A stretch of 64,000 nt of DNA from an uncultured virus (IMG/VR IMGVR_UViG_3300017992_000618) (taxonomy: Duplodnaviria > Heunggongvirae > Uroviricota > Caudoviricetes): the IMG/VR virus record IMGVR_UViG_3300017992_000618, one strand, 5' to 3'. Below are positions 16,190-26,581 of this stretch, in pieces (positions within the stretch are counted from its first letter, which is position 1; every line of letters begins with the position of its first letter). Made by a program: the position numbers and the translations under genes. The notes beneath the pieces are model-generated. The model made no database searches and was not told the DNA's origin. It was given only the letters and a program-made list of their open reading frames with translations.

Positions 16190-18208
16190 ATGCCAAAACG
16201 AAGTTTGTTTAACCAATTAAATCAAGTTCGTGGCACAGTTGATTTCAAAGATGACGAGATGGTTCGCGCTTTGGCTGAAACCTGTGGTCGTGATTACTTG
16301 ACGGGCACCTTAGCTGTAGTTTCTGGATCGAACATAGTCACTGACTCTTCTAATGCGTTTGAAAAATCTGAGCAAAATAATTTTATCGTTATTGATAGTG
16401 GAGATGCTGCTGGTACTTATACAGTAACATCTGGTTCAGGAGCATTTACTGCTGCTGTTACGCCCACACCTACTGCGTCTGACACAGTAGCTTATAAACG
16501 ACATTATTATCAGAATTTAGAAGACGATCTTAACTATCTAAGGAAAATGTTTGACCTCGTTATTGGTGAAGACAAGTGGTATGATGAGCCTGATACTGAT
16601 TTAAAGAACATGGCTTATCTTATCCCGAAACGTCCCAACTACATCGGTGAGACCGGCCAATATGCCGATAGACCTGGGACTGTGTCATTCTCCATCAGTG
16701 ATATTAACCAAACTGGGTATGTTAGTTCTGGAGCTCCTGCTGGGGAGTATACCGCCGAAGGTTCCTCTAGTGCTAGTGCTGGCGACAGTATGCAATTTAC
16801 TGACGACAACTCTATGGCTATTGCGATCACGGGCGGTTTTTATCCTGCAGACTCTGGAGTCATTAGAATTTACAGTGACGGTATCGTTGTTGGTGAACTG
16901 GATCTTGCTGCGGCTTGGACTAGTGATGGTTGTTCTTATGAAGAAGAGGAGGCTGACGTTGGAGATAATCCAGGTTACACCGCTTCTAATACAGGAACAG
17001 ACATTATTAACCTCACAAATCGTAGATGTATGAACACTACAGTCGATAGTTATCCTAGTTTTTGGCCACCGTATCAAATTGCTAGTATGAGTGCAACCCT
17101 GACCCTTCCTGCAGGGTATCAAGGTCAGATTTATGTAGCACATACTGGTGGTGGGTCAAATCAGAATTACACCTACTCAGAATTCTGGGTAGATACCACA
17201 GCACAAACGATATCTGCTGCTGCACCAACAGTTTCTCCGTTGAGTGCGACAACCAAATATCTTAGTGGTATACCTTATTACACAACAAATTCTACTTTTA
17301 CTGTTTCGGGTACCAACAGTAATACACTCTTTGATAGAGGCTACATTACTAACCCGATGACATTAAATCTTGAACAATTTAATGAAACAAGTGTTACCCC
17401 AAGTTTAGCTCAGATAGGATTTTCCACACCGCTAGCAATTACAGACACTATAGCTGGTGAAGATGGTTATGCCGCAACAGCAACAGTTGGTGGTGGAAAT
17501 TATAGAGATATGGATGTAAGAGCGACTGCTACTTATAGAAATCCATTTACTTCTGCTACTTCAACTAATTCAACTGCAGGCACCTATCGCATAGATACTT
17601 ATGGTAATACTAGTACAGATACATCAGAACCTTTCGACGATGAACAATATCGTATGTTAGGTGATGAAGATTTTACAGACACCGGCGTTGACGAAGGGGA
17701 TAGTAATTGGGATTCTTCTGATGATGTTACAACCATCAGTGGCGCCTATGACGGTCTCGTTGTTTACAACGGAACCTTGAAGTACCCCACAGTCAATCAC
17801 TCCACTGGTTATTATCCAGTAGGACCTGATTATTCAGGTGCCTCTGGAAACTTCTATTATTATCGTGTATTCCTTGCGACTGCTGCATTTACTTCTGGAA
17901 CAATCACATTTAGTGGTTGGTCTAATGCGGTAAGCACAATCCAGGGAGCCAATGTAGAAGTTCATCTTAGATATCCTAACTGTACTGATTATGGTAATAG
18001 TAATACCAATGTATGGCAGGATCTTGGTGTAGACCAGACCACTTTCGGTGGTAATGGTTGTCTGGGCTCTGGTTCCTCTGGTTCCAGCGTCGCATTTAGT
18101 TTTGGAACTACCAGCTCTGTTTCTTATGGCAATAGAATTATCATGAGAATCAAATACTCAGCTAACGTGACTGCACTTGCCGGCATCACGTTTAGTCCTA
18201 CGTTATAA
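16190..18208 (+). CDS. Putative virion structural protein (G/S/T-rich, beta-structured)
   Basis: Acidic, G/S/T/Y-rich composition; AAGGAG RBS; lies just upstream of the tail-fibre-like gene. Confidence 0.65.
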   Translation: MPKRSLFNQLNQVRGTVDFKDDEMVRALAETCGRDYLTGTLAVVSGSNIVTDSSNAFEKSEQNNFIVIDSGDAAGTYTVTSGSGAFTAAVTPTPTASDTVAYKRHYYQNLEDDLNYLRKMFDLVIGEDKWYDEPDTDLKNMAYLIPKRPNYIGETGQYADRPGTVSFSISDINQTGYVSSGAPAGEYTAEGSSSASAGDSMQFTDDNSMAIAITGGFYPADSGVIRIYSDGIVVGELDLAAAWTSDGCSYEEEEADVGDNPGYTASNTGTDIINLTNRRCMNTTVDSYPSFWPPYQIASMSATLTLPAGYQGQIYVAHTGGGSNQNYTYSEFWVDTTAQTISAAAPTVSPLSATTKYLSGIPYYTTNSTFTVSGTNSNTLFDRGYITNPMTLNLEQFNETSVTPSLAQIGFSTPLAITDTIAGEDGYAATATVGGGNYRDMDVRATATYRNPFTSATSTNSTAGTYRIDTYGNTSTDTSEPFDDEQYRMLGDEDFTDTGVDEGDSNWDSSDDVTTISGAYDGLVVYNGTLKYPTVNHSTGYYPVGPDYSGASGNFYYYRVFLATAAFTSGTITFSGWSNAVSTIQGANVEVHLRYPNCTDYGNSNTNVWQDLGVDQTTFGGNGCLGSGSSGSSVAFSFGTTSSVSYGNRIIMRIKYSANVTALAGITFSPTL

Positions 18209-18221
18209 GGAGGTATGACTA

Positions 18222-21200
18222 ATGGCTTTTGATGATACATATAGAGAAAGTATCCAAACCAAGCATATCGCCAACGTAGGGTTTACTTCGACAGCGAAGG
18301 GAGTAACTAATGAAGGTAATGCTTTAGCTAACCCCCATCAGGTTATTGCTTCCCAGATTCCTGCTGTTGATGTTGTTGGCACACACGGCTCTTTAGTAGC
18401 TGATGGTATTTCTGCTGGTTTGATTGAAGAACATACTGTAAAATTAACAGCCGATCCGACTGTTAATAATAATAAAGCCTGGTACGCTACAGAAGATAAC
18501 TGTACTACTGCGGGCCACTCTAGTCGAGGTTCTATTCGATTGACTCAGTGGCAACGTTATGCTGAAACTCAGTATAAACTCCGTCTGTTTGAAGATAATG
18601 GGTTAGGCACAGCTCCTGATATGCTGTCCGAAATTCTTCCTTCAGAAGGCGCTTTTAACTGGGAGTATGACGCATCCGCTGGTTTAGTTTATTTTGACGA
18701 CGACCCAGGCACCAATGGTAAGACTACACCTCTTTGGGGTGTGTTTTATACTTACGTTGGTGACACTGTTGAAGATGGTTTGGGTGCAACAACTTCTGGT
18801 GTTGATAGTTTAGTTGAATTATTTGAAGACACCCAAGAACCTTCTGGATTTATTAATACAACCGATTCCGCGCTAACTTTTGATGATGGTACTATGACTC
18901 TGACCATTAGTGGTACAGAGTATGACTATTATATAGTCGGCCAGAAATACACTAAAAATGGTGCAGATTCTTTGGCTCTTACAGATACAGAAGGTATGCA
19001 TTATTTCTATTATGATGGTGGTTCGTTAACACATACTACCACATTTAGTTATGATTTAATTTATAATAAAGCATATGTTGCTGCCGTTTATTGGGATGCT
19101 ACGAACAATACCGCCGTTTATATTGGTGATGAGCGTCATGGTATCACAATGGATGGTCAAACACATGCTTATTTACATGAGTCACTTGGTACCACATATG
19201 TGGACGGCCTGGCTTTGACTGATATTTTAGCCAACGCCGCTGGTAATAATGATAACCAGACACAATTTGGTGTAGCTTCTGGGCATATTAGAGATGAAGA
19301 TTTACTTCATACTATAGCCACCCAAGCCAAACCTGCACAACTCCCTGTATTTTACAAGAGTGGTGCTAATGGTGATTGGCGTATGGATACACCAGATAAC
19401 TTTCCATATAAACCAGGTGGTACTTATCTAAATTATAATGAATGGACAGGTTCTACTTGGCAGCAGACCGAAGTCAATGGTGCTGGTGATGATCTTACAC
19501 TAGTTCATGTGTTTGCTACTAATGACATTACCTATCCAATCATAGTTGTACAGGGTCAAGCTGAATATATCGATCTTGCTTCGGCGAGAGAAGGCGCTAC
19601 TGAAGAAATAAACAATCTTGTACTTACAGGGTTGCCTTTCGTTGAATTCGTACCCCTTGGTACTGTAATTTATCAGTGCGCTTCTGGGTATACTACTACA
19701 CATAAATGTAAAATTAGAGGAACAGCTGATGCTGAGGATTATGTTGATTGGAGATACTCTGGTTTAACTCCACTTCCTCAGTCTGTATCTGACCATGCTA
19801 ATTTAACTGGTAGAGATAAGACTAATCAACATCCAGCTTCATCTATATCCGCTGACTATACTACATTTAGTGGTATTCTCACTTCTAGTGATGATACTGT
19901 TCAGAAAGCTCTTGAGACTATAGACCAGAATGCAGCCGGCGATAAGAATAAAATCTATCAGGCTGATTCTAGTGTAACCGTAATAGATACATCTGTATCT
20001 GGCGTGTCACCATATGTTGAGACTAAACTCAATGATGTTGAAGTTATGAAGATTAGGAACCCATCATTTGATGTGGATGAAGATCTTGTAACAATAACCA
20101 ATACTGGTTATGGTGGTGCATTAAAACTTGATTTAGACAGCCAAACTGTTGGTGAGGATTCTTACTACGCGTTTGAAATTTCGATGTCTAATGCAACACC
20201 TCAACCTGTTTACGCTGATTATGAATCCATTGATGCTTTCGTCAATGTAGCTGGTGCTACAACTGATGGTGAAGCTGTTGATGTATATGGCGCTTATTTA
20301 TACAGTATAACCAATGGTTCTGGTTATTATGGTTCTCTCTATGGTGCTAATATTATGGCAGATGTTCGTACTGGAGCTCATGTTGATTGGGTTGTTGGTG
20401 CGTCAATATTATCCAGACAATATAATGCTACAGAACCAATTGTTGGGTTAGAAGGTGCTGAAGTTTTGACGCGCGTTCAAGGATCTGGTAAGGTTGATGA
20501 TGTTTATGGTATACTTAATACTATAGATGCAGGTTCATCTGCTAATATGGGTAATGTATATGGTGAGTATATTGAAATAACTACACGTAATACCACAGAT
20601 ATTACTGGTAATCTTTACATGTATTATGGTAATTATGATGGTGACGCAACCTTATCTGGTACTGCATGGGGTCTATACATTGATGGTGCCGAGAAGAATT
20701 ATATTGAAGGTGAAACTGAGTTCGCTGGTGATACCCGTATGGATGAGGGGTATAAAGCACAATATGGTTATAGTGATGAAGGTGCTGTATACTTTGAAAC
20801 CTTACATATGTATGTCGAAAACACTGGCGCTCTTGGTAGTGTTGTATTCAATACCAACTCGACCTACGCTGGTGAATTTGATAACAGTCAGAAATTTAGA
20901 CTTTCTGCTCTTACACCTCATGACACAGCCATTAATGAGTTCTCTACTGATACTACGTTGAGTGGTAATTCCGACGACGCAGTACCCACAGAGAAAGCTG
21001 TTAAGACTTATGTTGATAATACTGTAGGAGATGTTGACTTCTTAAGCCTTGATGATACAATAGCATCATTTACAGAGAATAGAATTTTATTTGAATCAAG
21101 TTCAGCAGTTATTGATGATACTGATCTGACATACAACCCTTCTACTGATACATTTGCTACAACCAATATTGATGCAGCCGGCAACGTTTCTGTTTCTGGC

Positions 21201-22901
21201 ACTTTCGATTTTGGTGGGCAGACTGTTGATGAGATTGTTACTACCATTACTAGCCCAACAGATAGCCAATTGGTTACTGCTGGTGCTGTTGATGATTATC
21301 TGTTCGGTTCTAGTGGAGCGATTGCTTGGGAAGTTGTTGATACACCTTACGATCGTATCCAACCGCGTCAGGAATACATGGGCTTACCTGTCTACACACC
21401 AGGTGATATGACTGTTGGTGGAGACTTAACGGTAACTGGTACATTATTCTACACTGATGTTGAGACCGTTCAGGTAGCTGATAATATTATTCATGTCAAT
21501 TATGGAGAAGTTGGCGCTGGTGTAACCGCTGGTCAGGCTGGTTTACAGGTTGATCGTGGAACACAGGCTGATTATTACTTCGTATTTGATGAACCTACTG
21601 ATACATTCCGTGTTGGTGTTTCTGGCACCTTACAGGCTGTTGCTACTCGTGAGGACAACCCAGTTGATACTAGAGTTCCATGGTGGAATGATACAGAGAA
21701 GAGGTTCGATACTGCTGGTACTACTTATATAACAGTAAATAGTGGTACTGGTGAGTTCTACATGACCACTAATGGTTATGATACTATGTATGTGGCTGAT
21801 GATTGGTTTGCTATTGGTGATGTCACTAATTACACCAATGCTCAACTTTATGTTGATAGTTCTACCAATATAATGGATTTCATGATTGGTGTGACTAGTT
21901 ATTTCCAGACAACAGCTAATACACAGAGACTTGGTCTGTCTACTGCTGAAAATATAACAGTTAATCAGACTTCTAATTGGATTGATTTTGAGGTTGCTAA
22001 TACTTCTGAGATGCGTATTACAGCTGATGGTTTAAATCTGAAGACTGGTGCTACAGTTAATGAGATTGTTGCTTCTACTGGTAGTTTAAGTGCAGCTTCA
22101 ACTGATGATCAGTTAGCCACTGCTAAGTTGATTTATGATGAGATTCAGGATATAACTACTGGTTCTGGAAGCATTACACATAATCTTTTGGATGGTTTAC
22201 AGGGTGGAGTGGTTGGTGAATATTACCACTTAACCTACGCTGACTATCTGACTGTTGGTCATAGCCATCCATATGCATCTGATACTCATAACCATGACGG
22301 TGTCTATTCACCTGTTGGCCATAACCATGACAGTGATTACGCTGCTTTAGTTCATACACATGATGATAGATATTATACTGAGACAGAAGTTGACAACTTA
22401 CTTGCTGGTCTAACCAGTGAGTTCATTGAGTTGACAGATGTTGAGATTGGAACATACACTGCTAATAATGTATTGTTTACTACTGCTAGTGGAGTTACAG
22501 ATAATAATAACTTCTACTACAGTTCTGATACATTATTTACACCATCTATTAATCTGGGAACAGGTGGAGCGGTCAATGAGATTACTACTACAGTGGTCTC
22601 CGGCTCTACTGACTCACAGATTCCTACTGCTGGTGCTGTTTGGGATGCTGTAGAAGCTGCTGCTGGTGCTGTGCACACCCATTATGATGTTGATGGTACT
22701 TATGTATCTGATACCTCATGGACTTATGGCTCTGGTTTTAGTGCTGTGCCTGATGACTTACAGATCTTTGTTAATGGTGTTAAACAACGTATTGGCGCGA
22801 CCTATGATTGTACTGTAGCCGTACCTGGCGGAGTTTTCACTATTACATTCTTGTATAATGTACAATCCAGCAACTGGGTTAACATTACTTATACAGCGTA
22901 A
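18222..22901 (+). CDS. Large tail-fibre-like virion protein (1559 aa)
   Basis: Repeated INEFSTD...NSDDAVPTEKAVKTYVD-type modules, GDLTVTGT...V.V.DN.I, H.H repeats ending HTHDDRYYTETEVD, C-terminal LQIFVNGVKQ. Confidence 0.75.
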   Translation: MAFDDTYRESIQTKHIANVGFTSTAKGVTNEGNALANPHQVIASQIPAVDVVGTHGSLVADGISAGLIEEHTVKLTADPTVNNNKAWYATEDNCTTAGHSSRGSIRLTQWQRYAETQYKLRLFEDNGLGTAPDMLSEILPSEGAFNWEYDASAGLVYFDDDPGTNGKTTPLWGVFYTYVGDTVEDGLGATTSGVDSLVELFEDTQEPSGFINTTDSALTFDDGTMTLTISGTEYDYYIVGQKYTKNGADSLALTDTEGMHYFYYDGGSLTHTTTFSYDLIYNKAYVAAVYWDATNNTAVYIGDERHGITMDGQTHAYLHESLGTTYVDGLALTDILANAAGNNDNQTQFGVASGHIRDEDLLHTIATQAKPAQLPVFYKSGANGDWRMDTPDNFPYKPGGTYLNYNEWTGSTWQQTEVNGAGDDLTLVHVFATNDITYPIIVVQGQAEYIDLASAREGATEEINNLVLTGLPFVEFVPLGTVIYQCASGYTTTHKCKIRGTADAEDYVDWRYSGLTPLPQSVSDHANLTGRDKTNQHPASSISADYTTFSGILTSSDDTVQKALETIDQNAAGDKNKIYQADSSVTVIDTSVSGVSPYVETKLNDVEVMKIRNPSFDVDEDLVTITNTGYGGALKLDLDSQTVGEDSYYAFEISMSNATPQPVYADYESIDAFVNVAGATTDGEAVDVYGAYLYSITNGSGYYGSLYGANIMADVRTGAHVDWVVGASILSRQYNATEPIVGLEGAEVLTRVQGSGKVDDVYGILNTIDAGSSANMGNVYGEYIEITTRNTTDITGNLYMYYGNYDGDATLSGTAWGLYIDGAEKNYIEGETEFAGDTRMDEGYKAQYGYSDEGAVYFETLHMYVENTGALGSVVFNTNSTYAGEFDNSQKFRLSALTPHDTAINEFSTDTTLSGNSDDAVPTEKAVKTYVDNTVGDVDFLSLDDTIASFTENRILFESSSAVIDDTDLTYNPSTDTFATTNIDAAGNVSVSGTFDFGGQTVDEIVTTITSPTDSQLVTAGAVDDYLFGSSGAIAWEVVDTPYDRIQPRQEYMGLPVYTPGDMTVGGDLTVTGTLFYTDVETVQVADNIIHVNYGEVGAGVTAGQAGLQVDRGTQADYYFVFDEPTDTFRVGVSGTLQAVATREDNPVDTRVPWWNDTEKRFDTAGTTYITVNSGTGEFYMTTNGYDTMYVADDWFAIGDVTNYTNAQLYVDSSTNIMDFMIGVTSYFQTTANTQRLGLSTAENITVNQTSNWIDFEVANTSEMRITADGLNLKTGATVNEIVASTGSLSAASTDDQLATAKLIYDEIQDITTGSGSITHNLLDGLQGGVVGEYYHLTYADYLTVGHSHPYASDTHNHDGVYSPVGHNHDSDYAALVHTHDDRYYTETEVDNLLAGLTSEFIELTDVEIGTYTANNVLFTTASGVTDNNNFYYSSDTLFTPSINLGTGGAVNEITTTVVSGSTDSQIPTAGAVWDAVEAAAGAVHTHYDVDGTYVSDTSWTYGSGFSAVPDDLQIFVNGVKQRIGATYDCTVAVPGGVFTITFLYNVQSSNWVNITYTA

Positions 22902-22925
22902 GTAGTATACATTTAAAATTACAAC

Positions 22926-22957
22926 AAGCCCTCGGTTCGCCGGGGGCTTTTTGTTTT
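22926..22957 (+). terminator. Rho-independent terminator where the two gene arms converge
   Basis: AAGCCCTCGG-TTCG-CCGGGGGCTT followed by TTTGTTTT. Confidence 0.85.
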
Positions 22958-22960
22958 CTA

Positions 22961-22993
22961 AAAAAGTCGGGGGTTTAAAACGGAAGCCGGTTC
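22961..22993 (+). repeat. Imperfect 33-bp direct repeat, copy 2
   Basis: See 16043-16075. Confidence 0.7.
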
Positions 22994-23061
22994 TATAGGC
23001 GGCTGCTGCTGAAAAAATTTTTAAAAATAAAAACAATATAAAACCTAAAATCAAATATAAA

Positions 23062-23292
23062 CTATTTAATCTTAGGTTTCTTTTCTTCATACTTCCAAAC
23101 ATGATATAAACCAGGAAAATTCCAATGACAACCAAAAGCAACGTCTGATATCACTATTTCTTTAGTGATGTCATCCACTAGTAACAACGACCCGCGACTA
23201 GGGATATTAGTATACCGGAACTCTTGGGTGTGGTTCTTGTCCCACACTGAGAGTCCCAGTTTACTTATTAGTTTCATGCCCCAGTTAGCCAT
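23062..23292 (-). CDS. Hypothetical protein
   Basis: AAGGA RBS; last gene of the - arm. Confidence 0.55.
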   Translation of the reverse strand: MANWGMKLISKLGLSVWDKNHTQEFRYTNIPSRGSLLLVDDITKEIVISDVAFGCHWNFPGLYHVWKYEEKKPKIK

Positions 23293-23293
23293 G

Positions 23294-23749
23294 CTATTCC
23301 TTTACATCTTTCATTGATGGTAGCATACCGAGTATCTCACCGACAGTTTTATCTGAGTTTTTCACTTCAAGGTTGGACATCCTTTTATCCCAACACTTGT
23401 TGCACATGGTTATTACCCAACCCTGTCCTTTCAGTTCACCAGGCTCACCACAGGATTCACAAGTCTTATAGGACTTGCCTTCTGCTTCACTGATGGCAGC
23501 ATAAACTTCTTCAGACACACTTTTGTCTATACCTTCGATATAGAACCGCAAGCCGCCGAATTTTTCTTTCACTTGTACTGCCACAGCACCCAACGGTTCA
23601 AGCTTAGCACTGAGTTCATTGATGATGTCGTACCAACCATCACCACAACTGAATCCCCAGCACATAGCTGTTTGTTGCATAGACATGTTACGCTGTTTGT
23701 ATAGATTGGGATAAGTTGCTACTAATTTTTTATCTAATTCTTCTCTCAT
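23294..23749 (-). CDS. Conserved phage hypothetical protein with a zinc finger
   Basis: CGDGWY.II..L, QVKEKFGGLRFY, TCE.CG...C..C. Confidence 0.75.
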   Translation of the reverse strand: MREELDKKLVATYPNLYKQRNMSMQQTAMCWGFSCGDGWYDIINELSAKLEPLGAVAVQVKEKFGGLRFYIEGIDKSVSEEVYAAISEAEGKSYKTCESCGEPGELKGQGWVITMCNKCWDKRMSNLEVKNSDKTVGEILGMLPSMKDVKE

Positions 23750-23753
23750 TTTA

Positions 23754-23906
23754 TCACTCCAATTCAGACACTTCGTCTGGTTTAAAATATTCATATTTGA
23801 GTGTATCAAACATATACATACAAACATAACCATCTGTTGTGGTTAGCTCATACTGGCCGTATCTATCATCGACCCTATGTATTATACCTTTTACTTCCTC
23901 GACCAT
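23754..23906 (-). CDS. Small hypothetical protein
   Basis: ATG downstream of tRNA-Gln with a GAGG RBS. Confidence 0.45.
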   Translation of the reverse strand: MVEEVKGIIHRVDDRYGQYELTTTDGYVCMYMFDTLKYEYFKPDEVSELE

Positions 23907-23918
23907 GGCAACCCTCTT

Positions 23919-23991
23919 ATGGGGTGGTTGGACTTGAACCAACGACGACTGGCTTCAAAGGCCAGCGTTCTGCCAACTGAACTACACCCCA
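23919..23991 (-). tRNA. tRNA-Gln (anticodon UUG)
   Basis: Reverse complement TGGGGTG-TA-GTTC...GAAC-G-CTGGC-CT-TTG-AA-GCCAG...GTTGG-TTCAAGT-CCAAC-CACCCCA; U1-A72. Confidence 0.92.
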
Positions 23992-24803
23992 GTCATTTGT
24001 TTGTTCTTAGGTACTGTAAGACGTAAGCCTTCCTTCTTACATGCCTTAGCAAATCTGTTGAGAAACACCCAATCATTAGTGGATCCTTTACACAGTCTAG
24101 ATATCCCTTCTATTCCTACACTGTCGTGGGTATGACCTCTTGCAAAAATCTTTTTAGGATTGAAATTATCTTTAACAAGTCTGTCGCCGTTGAGTGTGTC
24201 CCTATGTTTGAGAAGTATCTCCCACTTGTTATGTGTAATTTTTATAGCACTTGCATCCTTACCCGTGTATGCTCTTAGCTTGGCCATCAGTTCTTTATGT
24301 GTACGCCAACCAGTCATGTGTGGAGACCTGCCAGCCCTAAACATCAGAAGATAGGTAGACAACAAAAAAGTGTTACGCATCCAACGTGGGGAACCGCTCA
24401 GTAGGAATATCATTTTATCCTTACTATCTAATTCAACTGTCTTTATATTTGTTAATGGCCAACCAACCCGTTTCTCAAAGTGGTTTATGATCCTAAGTCC
24501 TCTCTTAACATAATCATTGATCTGACGTCTCTGTTGAGCAGTAGAAGGCATGCCTTTTCTAGTAGCCGACATAAATGCTACCATAATTTCGAGACGACCA
24601 CGATTTATTCTTAGTGTCGGTCTTTTTTCAAATGCAAATCGGGCAAAATTATATATAAGTGATTCCCTACAGGTTGTCCAACCGGCTTTTACACCAACTG
24701 GTTTACCTTTCTTTGTTCTTGGATAATTGTGCACCAGAGCGAATTGTGGGTCTCTGCAGTAGTAGTATATATGTGTGTCGCCTTTAAGATACAGCTTGCT
24801 CAT
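23982..24803 (-). CDS. Unknown protein, paralog family A (with 56673 and 57510)
   Basis: Shared PQFA...CRE, IN.FE...GW and WM..TFLLS.Y.L.FRAG motifs. Confidence 0.7.
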   Translation of the reverse strand: MSKLYLKGDTHIYYYCRDPQFALVHNYPRTKKGKPVGVKAGWTTCRESLIYNFARFAFEKRPTLRINRGRLEIMVAFMSATRKGMPSTAQQRRQINDYVKRGLRIINHFEKRVGWPLTNIKTVELDSKDKMIFLLSGSPRWMRNTFLLSTYLLMFRAGRSPHMTGWRTHKELMAKLRAYTGKDASAIKITHNKWEILLKHRDTLNGDRLVKDNFNPKKIFARGHTHDSVGIEGISRLCKGSTNDWVFLNRFAKACKKEGLRLTVPKNKQMTGV

Positions 24804-25539
24804 TAGGTTCATCTCCGTTTATATATAGTTTATGTTCTTTTATATAGTCAGATACAGATTCCGTTAGTACCACTGGGTCATGCATCATTTGACGTCTACG
24901 ATCCCCACCTGCTGACAGATGTTCTCGAATACTTTTACCAAACATATTGTTACCAGCAATGTTCTGGCTTATGTATTTATGATTACTATTATAACCAAAG
25001 GCATACCAATCACTCATACGTCTATAATAATAACTCTTTTTGTTATCTGGTTTGAGCCCTCTTGAAAAGTCTCTCCTAGAAACCGTTATGAATGATAAAT
25101 TCCTTGTGAGTTTACGACTGTTTCTCCACAACCTAAGATTCACAGCTTCATCTTTACCTAACAAGAAGACTAAATCATTTTGTTTGTAGAATTTTGCAAA
25201 CCTAAGTAATGCTTTTGTTCTTCCACATTTAATGTTAAAGAACTCTTCGAAATCAGACACCTGAATATAATCACCCATGTCGCAGTCTTTTATTGCTAAC
25301 TCTATCATCTCGATTCGATCAGCTATGGGTGCTAGTTCACGTAATCCAAATGGCTCTTTGTTGTAAGGCAGAATCCAGGCTGCATCAAACGGTACGTATG
25401 TTGTCTGAAGATGTGCTGGCTTCCAATGCCCGTTTCCTATCTCACCTTTGTTCGCCAACATCATTACCTCTGACACCACTGACATATGATGTGCACATAT
25501 TGGGTCAAAGTTGCCTGGAAATACTAATATTCTTGACAT
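24784..25539 (-). CDS. NadD-like nicotinate/nicotinamide-nucleotide adenylyltransferase (divergent)
   Basis: FPGNFDPICAHH (degenerate GxFDPxHxGH), R.EM..LAI, VSDFE, LLGKD....L..W.....L, IR..L..G, V.DYI..H.LY. Confidence 0.72.
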   Translation of the reverse strand: MSRILVFPGNFDPICAHHMSVVSEVMMLANKGEIGNGHWKPAHLQTTYVPFDAAWILPYNKEPFGLRELAPIADRIEMIELAIKDCDMGDYIQVSDFEEFFNIKCGRTKALLRFAKFYKQNDLVFLLGKDEAVNLRLWRNSRKLTRNLSFITVSRRDFSRGLKPDNKKSYYYRRMSDWYAFGYNSNHKYISQNIAGNNMFGKSIREHLSAGGDRRRQMMHDPVVLTESVSDYIKEHKLYINGDEPNEQAVS

Positions 25540-25549
25540 TTTTTACCTC

Positions 25550-25813
25550 TCTTTTGTACTCAGGAGCATAGGTTCATACTCCTGAGCACGTCCCACCCAC
25601 TTCCCACTCGTCCTTGGTCTCGTTGGTGTAATATCCTATAGGGGACTAAGTAATGTGGATCATTATCTATTAGTTTAAGTCCACCACTTGACCCAAGGAT
25701 GATACACCTCGGAAACCATTTGTAAAGTCTTTTCGGGGAAGTCCGCGACTTATGCCTACTCAGACCTTCGGATCTTTTACTAGAAGCCTGTCTCTTCTAG
25801 ATATATAGATCCG
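25550..25813 (-). ncRNA. Putative structured RNA / leader upstream of the nadD-like gene
   Basis: ORF-free ~270 nt containing at least five helices and a potential pseudoknot (see findings). Confidence 0.5.
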
Positions 25814-26572
25814 CTACAAAAGTTTTCTAATCTTCGATACCTTTAGTTTACTTAATCTATCGAAGGCATCTATGTAAATCTCTTCACTTAAGTTCTCAAA
25901 TCCTGGCGCCGAATTAATTTCAATAAAGTAAACACGTAATCTATTATCTACTATGAAATCAACGGCTCCAAATGACATCCTACGTACTTCGAGAACCTTC
26001 TTTGCCATATCAATCGCCTCTTTAAAGACAGAGAATGATTGAGGATTTCGTACGTTAGAAAAGTAACCACCATTTTTATAATTCCATGCTATTGTATCTG
26101 GTTTACCAAGACGTTTTTGTACACGCCAATTATCCATCCAAGAGAAAGCATGAACTCTAAGTTCGTACCGTCTATTGTTTATGTATTCTTGGTAGTACTT
26201 CCCAACTTGTTTACTGCGATCTTTTGCTTTCGCTATACCTATACCACCTATTGAGTGAAACTTCTTAACGATAAAGTTCTTAATCTTACCGCCTCTAGGT
26301 ATAGATAGATATGTTTCAGGTGTTCTAATATCAGCCTTCTCAGCGTCCTTAACTGCTCTGTATTTATTACACCCTATACTGTGATTGATACATTTAACTC
26401 TTCTGGCCTTTGGGTTTCTACGGAAGAATGAATCTAACCTATCACCTGCCAAACCATAGTTAACTATAAAATCAGGATTTGCTCCTTTCTTATATATAGT
26501 AAGACTTGTGTTCTGCCGTATCTTTTTAGCAGCCTTAGAGCCTTTTTTGGATATCAGACATATTTTTGCCAT
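25814..26572 (-). CDS. ATP-grasp ligase (RimK-like)
   Basis: NKY.A, IRTPET, HSIGGIGI, YYQEYI...YELRVH, FGAVDF...YFIEINSAPG. Confidence 0.88.
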   Translation of the reverse strand: MAKICLISKKGSKAAKKIRQNTSLTIYKKGANPDFIVNYGLAGDRLDSFFRRNPKARRVKCINHSIGCNKYRAVKDAEKADIRTPETYLSIPRGGKIKNFIVKKFHSIGGIGIAKAKDRSKQVGKYYQEYINNRRYELRVHAFSWMDNWRVQKRLGKPDTIAWNYKNGGYFSNVRNPQSFSVFKEAIDMAKKVLEVRRMSFGAVDFIVDNRLRVYFIEINSAPGFENLSEEIYIDAFDRLSKLKVSKIRKLL

Positions 26573-26581
26573 ATCAGCTCC

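Noticed and set aside
25735..25750. RNase P RNA-like GGGGAAGTCC on the + strand
   Set aside because: It lies opposite to the direction of local transcription, with no matching 3' P4 strand or room for the RNA
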